NCBI GenBank assembly: GCA_019058295.1
Contig: JAHPZI010000027.1
Location: 35,934 to 62,302, forward strand
Direction: 5' to 3'
Origin: Promethearchaeota archaeon
GTDB lineage: Archaea > Asgardarchaeota > Lokiarchaeia > Sigyniarchaeales > SOKP01
DNA: 26,369 bases
Shown piece by piece: positions 8,163 through 17,365 of this stretch. The notes under the pieces are model-generated. The model was given only the letters and a program-made list of their open reading frames with translations, did not search any database and was not told the origin of the DNA. Each line of letters opens with the position of its first letter. The stretch's first letter is position 1. Both the position numbers and the translations under genes were made by a program.

Positions 8163-9827
8163 ATGAATAATCTAACAATTAATCTCTTTTATAACTGCAC
8201 TCTCTTAACAGTCGATAAAAATGATTCCAAGGCAGAAGCGATGGCTATTTTTGAGGATAAAATCTTATCTATCGGAGAGGAAGGCGAAGTTCGTAATGAA
8301 TTAGATATTTTCAAAAAAGAATCAAATAAAAATATTAAAATAATAGAAAAAAACTTAGATGGAGCTTGCATAGTCCCTGGTTTTATTGATGCACACATGC
8401 ATCCTGTTCTGGCAATCTATTTTAAAACCCAGGTCAATTTGTGGCATGTAAAAAGCTATTCTGAATTAAAGGCAGTTTTAAAAAACGAAAATAGGATCAG
8501 GGAAGAAAATGAATGGATTTTTGGTTACAATCTATTGGAACAAAGATTTGAAGATCCAGTTGAACATTATTTTCCAGATAGATATAAATTAGATGAAATG
8601 TGCCCCAATAGACCAGTTATCATCCTTAGATATGACGGACATATCTGTTCTGTAAATTCAATTGCATTAGAAAAAATAGGCATTAATAAAGAAAATGCTA
8701 AAGAATTCACTCCAGACTCAGGAGAAATCCAATTAGATGAGGAGGAACCAACAGGTGTTTTTACAGAAGAGGCCACATCTTATGCATTAGAAAATCTCTC
8801 GATGCCTAGTAGAGAACGATTTATAGAGGCTGCTAAAAAATTTACGTATGAACTAGCGACTTTTGGGATTACAACCTGCGGCGTTATTATTCAAATAGAC
8901 GAAACGGGAATTTCAGGAAAAATTGGACGTTTAGAATTACCTTTTATAAAATTTATAATTAAAGAAGGCGTAATCGAGCAAGATTTTGTCTTTTATTTAG
9001 CAACTTACAAACCTAAGAAAATAAATAAAGTTAAAAGATCTTTTTTTAAATTATTTGGTGAGGACAAAAGATATACTATTGGAGGTCTAAAAGTCTGGGC
9101 TGATGGTAGTTTTGGAGCGTCTACAGCATACATGTTTGAGTCTTTCACGGATTCACCCGAAGGAAAAACGGGATTTATGATAATAGAGAAGGATAAGCTC
9201 TATGAATTATTCAATGAGACATATAAACTGGGTTTTCCTATTGCTTGCCATGCAATAGGTGATCGAGCAAATAGAATAGTAGTGGATGTTTTCAGAGATG
9301 TCATTAATGAGAATAAAAAAAATAAATTATTAAGATGCCGGATTGAGCATGCATCTCTTATTAATGAAAATACTTTGGCTGATGCTGCAGATTTACGTTT
9401 AATTATCGTAAGTCAACCGTCATTTATAAATAGCGAATATACATGGATTGAGAAACGATTAGGTCCTGAAAGAATCAAGTATGTGTATCCATTTAAATCT
9501 ATAATTGATTCAGGAGTCATTTTAGCTGGAGCCTCCGATGCACCAATCGAATCTCCTAATGTATTGGAAGCATTCCATGCATGTGTTACAAGAAATGGTT
9601 TTGTCCCAGAACAATCTATTTCCATTTTTGAAGCTCTTAGGATGTTTACATATAACGCTGCCTATGCGCTCGGGCAAGAAACCATAAAAGGGAGTCTTGA
9701 AAAAGGAAAATTAGCAGATTTTGTTATATTAGACCATAATATTATGACTCAACCAATAGATAAATTGAGAGAACTTAAAATTATCGCTACCTATCACCGT
9801 GGTAAACAGATTTTTCCATTGGAATAA
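8163..9827 (+). CDS. Metal-dependent amidohydrolase, family 3 (YtcJ-like)
   Basis: PGFIDAHMH, GLKVWADGS, HAIGDRA, RIEHAS, ASDAP and GSLEKGKLADFVILD. I prefer ATG at 8163 (MNNLTINLFYN) over the track's GTG at 8145. Confidence 0.92.
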   Translation: MNNLTINLFYNCTLLTVDKNDSKAEAMAIFEDKILSIGEEGEVRNELDIFKKESNKNIKIIEKNLDGACIVPGFIDAHMHPVLAIYFKTQVNLWHVKSYSELKAVLKNENRIREENEWIFGYNLLEQRFEDPVEHYFPDRYKLDEMCPNRPVIILRYDGHICSVNSIALEKIGINKENAKEFTPDSGEIQLDEEEPTGVFTEEATSYALENLSMPSRERFIEAAKKFTYELATFGITTCGVIIQIDETGISGKIGRLELPFIKFIIKEGVIEQDFVFYLATYKPKKINKVKRSFFKLFGEDKRYTIGGLKVWADGSFGASTAYMFESFTDSPEGKTGFMIIEKDKLYELFNETYKLGFPIACHAIGDRANRIVVDVFRDVINENKKNKLLRCRIEHASLINENTLADAADLRLIIVSQPSFINSEYTWIEKRLGPERIKYVYPFKSIIDSGVILAGASDAPIESPNVLEAFHACVTRNGFVPEQSISIFEALRMFTYNAAYALGQETIKGSLEKGKLADFVILDHNIMTQPIDKLRELKIIATYHRGKQIFPLE

Positions 9828-9875
9828 TGAAAACTTTTTAGAAAATTCAATTAAATTAAAGTGAAGATAAAATAA

Positions 9876-11279
9876 ATGAGTAATATAAATAATGATGATA
9901 TTTTCATCGAGGACAACTCTTCTACTGGGATACATCTTTCATACGCTCTTGGGAGTTTTTTCAATGATTTTGTTGCTACTGCTTTAAGTATATATGTGTT
10001 TAAATTTTATGAGACGGAAGTCTTCTTACCTATTGCATTTATAACATTAGCAATTGTTATTTATGGCTTCTGGAACATGATTAATGATCCTATAGCAGGT
10101 CACATCTCAGATAGAAACATACAATTTATGAAAACTAAGGGAAAAAGATTTTCATGGTTCATAATCACAGCAATTCCTTGTTCCCTAATTTTTGTGTTTA
10201 TTTTTACTCCCCCTGTAAGCAACGAATTTATAATATTTTTATGGGCGCTAGCATTTTTGTGTATTTTTGATACATTATTTTCATTTTTGACGATTAATTG
10301 GCAAGCCATCTTTCCTGATAAATTTCGATCACAGAAGGAACGTACTAAAGTTGCTGGGTTTCAAATTCTTTTCTCCTTGCTCGGTTTGAGTTTAGGAATG
10401 ATAATACCTTTGCTAATCATTACAACAGGGCCTCCTGGGACAAATATTGAATCTTATTTCATTACAGCTTTAATAATAACAATTATTTGCGCCATTACTG
10501 TCTTAATTATGTTACCTGGTATGCGTGAAAACAGAAAAATGATAGATCGTACCTTTCAGATCGAAAATAGAGAAGATCGTGAACCTTATCTTAAAATATT
10601 GAAATATGCTGTTAAACAAAAAAATTTCATGGCATATCTTTTTGCTTATCTCGCACAAGCGACCGTGATGGCACTATTACTAGCATCAATTCCTTATTGG
10701 GCGCAATATATTACAAAAATTACTCCAATGGAAGAATTTATTTTATTATTAGTATTTCTCTTAGCAAGCGTGGTTTCTGCTCCAATATGGATAAAAGTAG
10801 CTCGAAAATACGGGAACAGAATCGGATATATGTGTGGAACTGGGGGAACAGCCCTTTTTCTAACAATTGCAATGTTTATTACAGATTTTTACGGAATAAT
10901 GCTAGGTATGGTTTTAATTGGATTCTCTATGGGTGCTACTTGGACCCTAATCTATGCATGTTTTTCAGATGTTATTGATGAAATTGTAGTTGAAACCGAA
11001 AAAAGAGATGAAGGAGTTTATTATGGATTACGTACGTTTTTTGGACGCCTTTCCATCGTAATTCAGGCTTTAACATTCGGAATAATACACATTCTTACTC
11101 GTTTCAATCCAAAAGCTACTGTTCAATCACCTCTAGCGCAGTGGGGAATTCTTATTGGTATGTTTGCAGTCCCTGCTTTCTTTTATTTTATAGGATTCCT
11201 ATGTATGTGGAAAATATATGATCTTAAGCCCGAAAAAGTTCAAATTATTAAAAATAAATTGAAAGAACTAAAGCTTTAA
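9876..11279 (+). CDS. MFS transporter, GPH/Na+:melibiose symporter-like (MFS_2)
   Basis: About 12 hydrophobic segments; WNMINDPIAGHISDR, SQKERTK, FSDVIDE...KRDEGVYYG and C-terminal YDL, all characteristic of the GPH family. Confidence 0.9.
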   Translation: MSNINNDDIFIEDNSSTGIHLSYALGSFFNDFVATALSIYVFKFYETEVFLPIAFITLAIVIYGFWNMINDPIAGHISDRNIQFMKTKGKRFSWFIITAIPCSLIFVFIFTPPVSNEFIIFLWALAFLCIFDTLFSFLTINWQAIFPDKFRSQKERTKVAGFQILFSLLGLSLGMIIPLLIITTGPPGTNIESYFITALIITIICAITVLIMLPGMRENRKMIDRTFQIENREDREPYLKILKYAVKQKNFMAYLFAYLAQATVMALLLASIPYWAQYITKITPMEEFILLLVFLLASVVSAPIWIKVARKYGNRIGYMCGTGGTALFLTIAMFITDFYGIMLGMVLIGFSMGATWTLIYACFSDVIDEIVVETEKRDEGVYYGLRTFFGRLSIVIQALTFGIIHILTRFNPKATVQSPLAQWGILIGMFAVPAFFYFIGFLCMWKIYDLKPEKVQIIKNKLKELKL

Positions 11280-11324
11280 TAATTATAGAGAAATTAAGTA
11301 TTTTTTAATTTCAAAAACCAATAA

Positions 11325-11603
11325 TTAATCCTTTATTGTTTCTAGAATCGAGATAATTCTATATAATGTTGTTCGTGCCGCAAAGGGGATATTAGGGTCC
11401 TGTGAAAGGTCATCCACTAAATACATAACATTTGAGGCGAGAATTCCAGCGGTTTCATCGCTGTCGTATAACATATTTATACCTTTTTGAGCCACTCTTT
11501 TAATATTTCGAGGAACAGAGCGATCTTGAAGCATACCATTAAGCAGGTCCTCTACATTTTTAAGGCTTTTTTCTATTGCTTCACTAAATTTTTTTCGTGG
11601 CAT
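11325..11603 (-). CDS. UPF0147 family protein
   Basis: DRSVPRNIKR and DDLSQDPNIPFAARTTLYRIISILET match the archaeal UPF0147 signature; 92 aa. Confidence 0.88.
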   Translation of the reverse strand: MPRKKFSEAIEKSLKNVEDLLNGMLQDRSVPRNIKRVAQKGINMLYDSDETAGILASNVMYLVDDLSQDPNIPFAARTTLYRIISILETIKD

Positions 11604-11777
11604 TGAAGATCACTTTCCTTAGAGGTTTTAGTGAAAGGGTAAAAATCAATAATTGAAATAGTTTATTAGAGTTTATTAGTGAAATATTTATTAGAATTTA
11701 ATTTTTTTGATTTTATAAAATAGCTAAAAAATGAGTTAAGTTAAAAATTGTTTTTTATAAATATTTGATTGGATAAT

Positions 11778-14696
11778 TCAATAAATTCCAAATTGACGAA
11801 TATTTTTTCGTATTGCGGGAACTTCTTTTCCAAATTCTTTTATTTTACCATTATAATTATCGTAAAACTCCTTAAAATCTTTAACACTTCCTTGATCAAT
11901 CTCTTTGACGAAATTATTAGATAATTCGTGAATCTCCTTAAAAATTTTGTCGAATTTTTCGCTATATTCCTGAAGTTCAGGATCTACTTCTTTAAGTTGC
12001 TTTCTTGCTAAATTGTGAAGTTTACCTCTAGGAACTCTCATTTTCTCAATCAATTCATCACATTCACTAATAAGTTTATATGCTTGAGCTTTATTTTCAT
12101 CCTTAATTGATTCAATTATCTCTGTCCTCCAAGTATTTATCCTGCCTTTAGCAAAGGTATCAAAGTTTAAAGAAATAGAATCAATACCTTCTTGAACTAA
12201 GAATCTGAGAAAATCTGGGTCATCACTAGGGGCTTGTCCGCAAATTCCAACCTTCCTACCGTACTCATGAGCAGTTTTAATAAGATGACTTAAAGATCTA
12301 CGCATTGCTTCACTATTAGTAGTATATGAATAGTCCTTCATAATTGATATCAATTTAGCTTCATCTCTATCAACGCCATAAGTTAACATTGTAAGATCAT
12401 TGCTACCTATTGAGAATCCATCGATGATTTCACTAAATAAATCTGCACAGATAATATTTGATGGAATCTCTGCCATAACATATACTTTTAATCCATCTGT
12501 CCCACCATTTTCAGCTCGCACAAGACCTTCAGATTCCATAAGTTCTATTATTTTCTGACACTCTTCGGGACTCCGGCAGAATGGCAACATAGGAATCACA
12601 TTTGTAAGGCCCCATTCCCTCACTTTCTTAATTGCTCTTAATTCTAAAAGGAAAGCATTTTGAAAATCGTCAGAAGTATAACGTGAGCAACCTCTCCAGC
12701 CGAGTAAGGGATTGTTTTCTTCACCTTCATAAATCCAACCCCCTAAAAGATCATAATATTCATTAGTTTTAAAATCTGAGAGTCTTACAACACATTCCGC
12801 TATATTTCCATCAGGCAATTCTTTCCACACGGCTGCAGCTATAGTAGCAATTCCTTCGGCTAATTTTTGAATATAATATTCCTCTTTATTATCATATCCA
12901 ACGGTTAATTCTTCTATTTTATCCAATGTCGCTCTTAAATTTTTAATTTCTTCGTTAAATGGATCTTTATGGTATAAATCGCTCTTTTTTATATTTTCAA
13001 TCTTTTTTCTTTGTTCTAATAAAATATCATATCTCATTAATAGAGCTTCATAATCAATAAGCGCGTTAGGATGGACTTGGGCCTCATCATTAATAATAAA
13101 TTCTAATCGAGCTAAGCCAGTTCCGTCAGGATGTTTGCCTGAAGATAACGCTCCTTTTGGAATACCCAAATTAACTAATACTTTAGTTTTGGTGCGTGGT
13201 AGACTGGCAAATTCTATTGTATCGAAATCATATTCAACATCCTTTAACCATATTCTAGGCTCACCTTCACTACAATCAACAGTCACATATTCCATCCCTT
13301 CACGTTGTTTCTCTTTCATAATTTGGACTATATTATCAGCACCTACAATTGAAGAAATACTTAATTCTCTTGAAACTATTGCAGCATGACATGTAGGACC
13401 TCCTTTTTCAGTTATAACTCCACCTAAATTTTGCATATAAGATGTCCAATCTGGATTTGTCTCTTCTGTAATTAAAATATCTCCTTCTCTTAATAAGTGA
13501 GCATCATTAATAGTCTCAATTACTTTAACTTTTCCGTAACCAATACGTCTGCCGATTGCAATCCCTGAATTTTCTACTAATAATCCTTCCTCTATCAATT
13601 TATCAGTATCTTCGAGTAAATAAAAAATTTCTTCAGTATCACCTTTTTGAGAATGAACTGTCTCTGGTCGTGCTTGAACAATATAAACTTTATCATTATT
13701 CCCTAGCGCCCATTCAATATCCATTGGTACACCATAATGTTCTCGTATTTTAATGGCGTTTTCAGCAAGGATTAAGGCTTGCTCATCAGTTAAACAAAAT
13801 TTATTTTGTTTTTCTCCTGATACTGGGATTGTTATAGTACCCACCTTTTCTTCAGGATTAAAAATCATCATCTTTTCCTTTTTCACTAATTCCTTGCGGA
13901 TAATTCTTAATTCAGGAGCATGTTTAAAAACAATAACCTCATCTCCTTTTTCTACACCCTGTACAATTAATTCTCCAAGCCCCCATGTACCTCGAATTAC
14001 TACTACACTATTGTTGCCGCTATCTGGATCTTCAGTAAACATTACTCCCGAAGCTTTTACTCCTCCTAATCCCCCTGCCATTTCCTGTACTCCAACACTT
14101 AACTTAACAGCAAAGTGATCGAATCCTGCTCTTTCTCGATACATCGTGGCACGAGTAGTAAAGATTGAGGCCATATCCTTTAGAACATATTCCAATATTT
14201 CTTTGTCTCCTGTTATATTTAAATGAGTGTCTTGTTGACCTGCAAAAGAAGCGTCGGGCAAATCTTCTGCTGTTGCTGAACTTCTGATCGCAAATGTTGA
14301 ATCTTCTCCAATTTTCTCAGTTAATTTATGATAAGCATCTAAAATTTCTTCCGCTAAATTATTAGGGATTTTAGCTTGTTCTATAATATAACGGATGTTC
14401 GCGCAAATTTTATCAAGTTTTTCAATTGATTTAATATCTTCATTTTTTAATTCCGCAGATATTTTACCAATATCCCTGGAAATTAATTCTCTCAGCGTAA
14501 CTTCCTTTCCCTTAATTGTAAATTTATTAGAATCTAATATAAGATCATAACCAGCTGATGTCACAGCAAATCCTAAGGGCACAGGAATATCAAAACTTAA
14601 CAGTTCTCCAAGGGAAGAATTCTTTCCTCCTACTAATCCGACATCTGAGCGTCTTACTTCTTCAAAAAATTTGATATATTGATAGGTGTTAGTCAT
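11778..14696 (-). CDS. ppsA: Phosphoenolpyruvate synthase (pyruvate, water dikinase) with a C-terminal extension
   Basis: VGGKNSSLGEL, RSSATAEDLPDASFAGQQDT, DIEW..QARPETV, phospho-His motif GGPTCHAAIVSRE, RLSDFKTNEY, NPLLGWRG, FSIGSNDLT and GICGQAPSD. Confidence 0.96.
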   Translation of the reverse strand: MTNTYQYIKFFEEVRRSDVGLVGGKNSSLGELLSFDIPVPLGFAVTSAGYDLILDSNKFTIKGKEVTLRELISRDIGKISAELKNEDIKSIEKLDKICANIRYIIEQAKIPNNLAEEILDAYHKLTEKIGEDSTFAIRSSATAEDLPDASFAGQQDTHLNITGDKEILEYVLKDMASIFTTRATMYRERAGFDHFAVKLSVGVQEMAGGLGGVKASGVMFTEDPDSGNNSVVVIRGTWGLGELIVQGVEKGDEVIVFKHAPELRIIRKELVKKEKMMIFNPEEKVGTITIPVSGEKQNKFCLTDEQALILAENAIKIREHYGVPMDIEWALGNNDKVYIVQARPETVHSQKGDTEEIFYLLEDTDKLIEEGLLVENSGIAIGRRIGYGKVKVIETINDAHLLREGDILITEETNPDWTSYMQNLGGVITEKGGPTCHAAIVSRELSISSIVGADNIVQIMKEKQREGMEYVTVDCSEGEPRIWLKDVEYDFDTIEFASLPRTKTKVLVNLGIPKGALSSGKHPDGTGLARLEFIINDEAQVHPNALIDYEALLMRYDILLEQRKKIENIKKSDLYHKDPFNEEIKNLRATLDKIEELTVGYDNKEEYYIQKLAEGIATIAAAVWKELPDGNIAECVVRLSDFKTNEYYDLLGGWIYEGEENNPLLGWRGCSRYTSDDFQNAFLLELRAIKKVREWGLTNVIPMLPFCRSPEECQKIIELMESEGLVRAENGGTDGLKVYVMAEIPSNIICADLFSEIIDGFSIGSNDLTMLTYGVDRDEAKLISIMKDYSYTTNSEAMRRSLSHLIKTAHEYGRKVGICGQAPSDDPDFLRFLVQEGIDSISLNFDTFAKGRINTWRTEIIESIKDENKAQAYKLISECDELIEKMRVPRGKLHNLARKQLKEVDPELQEYSEKFDKIFKEIHELSNNFVKEIDQGSVKDFKEFYDNYNGKIKEFGKEVPAIRKNIRQFGIY

Positions 14697-14954
14697 TGCA
14701 ATTATGAATGAGATTTATTTTTATATAAAATTTTTCATTCTGAAGTTATTCATTAAAAGTTATTACCAAAAATAAGTGTTACTTTAAACAATTTTTTAGA
14801 TTTTGTTATTATTATCTAAATTTATAGCACTAAAATAATATCCTATTCAATCTATTTTTTCGCCTTTAAAATTATTTTTAGATATATTTAAATATTTTAA
14901 AGATTCTATAATTTTATCAATAAACTCACCTTAATTATTAAGGAGATGGAATAA

Positions 14955-15155
14955 ATGGGAGATTGGTACGAAGAATGGTATGGTTGGAGCATAATTCTTG
15001 GAATAGCTGCAGTTATTGGAGGATTAATATTTATGTTCGTTGTTTATCCTACATTCTTTTCAAATAACGAAATTATATTGTGGATAGACATTATAGGAAT
15101 CATAGGTGGTGTAGCTCTAATCATTATAGGTATTATTGGGGCAATTGCAGATTAA
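14955..15155 (+). CDS. Small two-TM membrane protein (66 aa), function unknown
   Basis: AGGAGA SD-like site at 14941 upstream of the ATG; two Gly-rich hydrophobic helices; it fills an otherwise empty gap between convergent/divergent neighbours. Confidence 0.7.
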   Translation: MGDWYEEWYGWSIILGIAAVIGGLIFMFVVYPTFFSNNEIILWIDIIGIIGGVALIIIGIIGAIAD

Positions 15156-15196
15156 TATCTATTATAAAAAATAAATCTAATTTTTTTATTTAGAAA

Positions 15197-15715
15197 TTAT
15201 TTTAACTCACTTTTAAAAACATCAAAGTCGGATGATGTATATAAACAAAAAATAACCTCTCTGATTTGTGTATCTCCGTTTAAATAATCTTTAGCAGTCG
15301 AAATCATAATTTTTGCGCACCTATCAATTGGATAGCCAAAAATTCCCGTTGATATGGCAGGAAAAGCAATCGTCTTTAATTCATGCTTGTCCATTAATTT
15401 AAGACTGTTTAATGTAGCATTTTTTAATTTCTCATCTTCATTGCCCTCACCCATTCTCGGACCAACTGCATGAATTACATGCTTAGCTTTTAAATTTCCT
15501 CCTGTAGTTATCTTAGCCCCTCCTACAAAAGTTCCACCAATTTTATTACATTCTTCTTGAATAGCAGGCCCTCCTTTCCTCCGGATGGCACCAGCGACAC
15601 CTCCCCCCATAATTAATTGCGCGTTAGCCGCATTAACTATAACATCTGTGGCTAATTCTGTGATATCTCCTTGAACCAATCTAATTTTAGAATTTTTAAC
15701 CTTCAATTCTCTCAA
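15197..15715 (-). CDS. Macro domain protein (MacroD-like; O-acetyl-ADP-ribose deacetylase / ADP-ribosylhydrolase)
   Basis: GDIT, IVNAAN, GGGVAGAI, HVIHAVGP and AFPAISTGIFGYP. Confidence 0.95.
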   Translation of the reverse strand: MRELKVKNSKIRLVQGDITELATDVIVNAANAQLIMGGGVAGAIRRKGGPAIQEECNKIGGTFVGGAKITTGGNLKAKHVIHAVGPRMGEGNEDEKLKNATLNSLKLMDKHELKTIAFPAISTGIFGYPIDRCAKIMISTAKDYLNGDTQIREVIFCLYTSSDFDVFKSELK

Positions 15716-15732
15716 AATAAAAACCCTTAGTT

Positions 15733-16452
15733 TTATTGTTCATTCTCTTGACCTTTTTTAAATATTTCGTCAAGTTTTGCTTTATCTTCATCGCTCATTT
15801 TACTCATAGCTTCCATTTGCTGTTTCATTAGCTGTTTCATAAAATTGCTTGAAATAATTTGACTTAAGACCGGTAAAGCTATTCTCATGCGTGAAAGTTC
15901 ATAATTCATCATTTTTGCCGTTTCCCTCATTTCTTTTAGCTCTTCCTTAGTCATGCCTTCTTCACCAATTCCCGGGCAATCTACATCAACAACACTAAAA
16001 TGTGTCCCATCATATTCAAGAGGATAAGTGCGACAGCTCAAAGGGCGATTATCATATACTAAACACTTCTTTTGTTCTTTATTATATAAAGGACATTTCT
16101 CCTCCAATAATTCTTCTATAGGTGTTTCAGCAAATGGGTCAGTTGAAGGTTTCTCAGAATCTCCTTTCGATGGAGCTAAAGGCTTTAAAATTAAATCCGT
16201 TAAACCATCAGGCTTAGTATAAACATCTAAGTAAGGTAAAAAATTAGCAATTACTCCATTTTTAGCCCATAATTCTAAATCCCACATAGTAATAGGTATG
16301 GGGCCCCGAGCTAGACAACATTTATCGTCTCTAGTGCATTTAAACGTAAATTTAGCTTTTTGTTTTTCTTCAGTTGGTTCTTCACCCTCCTCTTTTTCTT
16401 TTACCTCTTCACTACCTTCTGCTTTTTGTTCTTTTTCATTGTTATCAGACAT
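15733..16452 (-). CDS. YkgJ-family cysteine cluster protein (zinc/iron-chelating, CxxCxxCC-like)
   Basis: FKCTRDDKCC, CPLY....KCLVYDNRPLSCRTYP and CPG, with an acidic low-complexity N-terminus and a helical M/Q/K-rich C-terminus. Confidence 0.85.
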   Translation of the reverse strand: MSDNNEKEQKAEGSEEVKEKEEGEEPTEEKQKAKFTFKCTRDDKCCLARGPIPITMWDLELWAKNGVIANFLPYLDVYTKPDGLTDLILKPLAPSKGDSEKPSTDPFAETPIEELLEEKCPLYNKEQKKCLVYDNRPLSCRTYPLEYDGTHFSVVDVDCPGIGEEGMTKEELKEMRETAKMMNYELSRMRIALPVLSQIISSNFMKQLMKQQMEAMSKMSDEDKAKLDEIFKKGQENEQ

Positions 16453-16562
16453 ATTAAACCTACCTTTTTAGATTTCAATTCTAATAAATTTTGTAATTAT
16501 TTATTGAAAAAATAGAATTTAACCTATAAAAAAAATTTTATCCTCAAATTATAAAAATAGTA

Positions 16563-17339
16563 TTATTGATTTTTTAACAGATATTCAAACCTATCAAAAA
16601 ATTCTTTTAATACTATTGGGACTAGGAGCACCCACCAAATCATCAACCAAGCAGGTATACCGGGAAAAATTGGATTATAATACACATATAGTCCGAAAAC
16701 AACCATCAATCCTTCAAATAGGTAAGCCAGAGGTAAAAGGATTATAATATGCCATTCATTTTTCTCTGGTGGAAAAATTAAGAAGCGCACTGAAACACCA
16801 ATGCCATAAAACAATGCTGGTATCCACATATCCATCATAAAAGTGTTATAGATGACGATTCTAAGAACGATAACTAAACAAATATCGAAAATTAGTTCTT
16901 TATTAACCCATCCATTTAAAAATTCACCATCTTTTTGAAATTCTTCTCCTTTGCACCAAGGAATGTTAAATAGTTTCCTGAATAATAAGAAAGCTTGCCC
17001 CCAAAAGAACCACATAAAAATTGGAAGCGCTAAATTTGGGATAATTGGAATTGCCGTATATATATAGACTCCATTAATCATTGACATAAAATCATTACCA
17101 CCACCTGCTATTATTCCAAAAAGAAAGAATACCCAATCTCCCTTCTCATTTACCAAAAAAAACCGTATTACTAGATTTATCAAGATACAAATCGTAATAA
17201 TGATTGTAAAAGTCATTTCTATTGAAGAATATTGTCCAAATAGTCCAAATATCACGATAGATATAATGAAAAAACATACCTCACTTACTAAACGTTGTCC
17301 AGGGGTTTCTGGAGGGAATTTAATTAATTTATCTGACAT
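16563..17339 (-). CDS. Polytopic membrane protein with an internal duplication (DUF2878 / lycopene-cyclase / CruF-like pattern)
   Basis: About 8 TM segments in two similar halves: EKGDW...NDFMSMINGVYIY...LPIFMWFFW and EKNEW...FEGLMVVFGLYVY...IPAWLMIWW. The family assignment is by motif resemblance only. Confidence 0.6.
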   Translation of the reverse strand: MSDKLIKFPPETPGQRLVSEVCFFIISIVIFGLFGQYSSIEMTFTIIITICILINLVIRFFLVNEKGDWVFFLFGIIAGGGNDFMSMINGVYIYTAIPIIPNLALPIFMWFFWGQAFLLFRKLFNIPWCKGEEFQKDGEFLNGWVNKELIFDICLVIVLRIVIYNTFMMDMWIPALFYGIGVSVRFLIFPPEKNEWHIIILLPLAYLFEGLMVVFGLYVYYNPIFPGIPAWLMIWWVLLVPIVLKEFFDRFEYLLKNQ

Positions 17340-17365
17340 AATATTAACTTTCTAATTTAATGATT

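Noticed and set aside
7964-10978. Short ORFs overlapping the enolase, amidohydrolase and MFS genes
   Set aside because: They are antisense or alternate-frame shadows with no motifs or SD.
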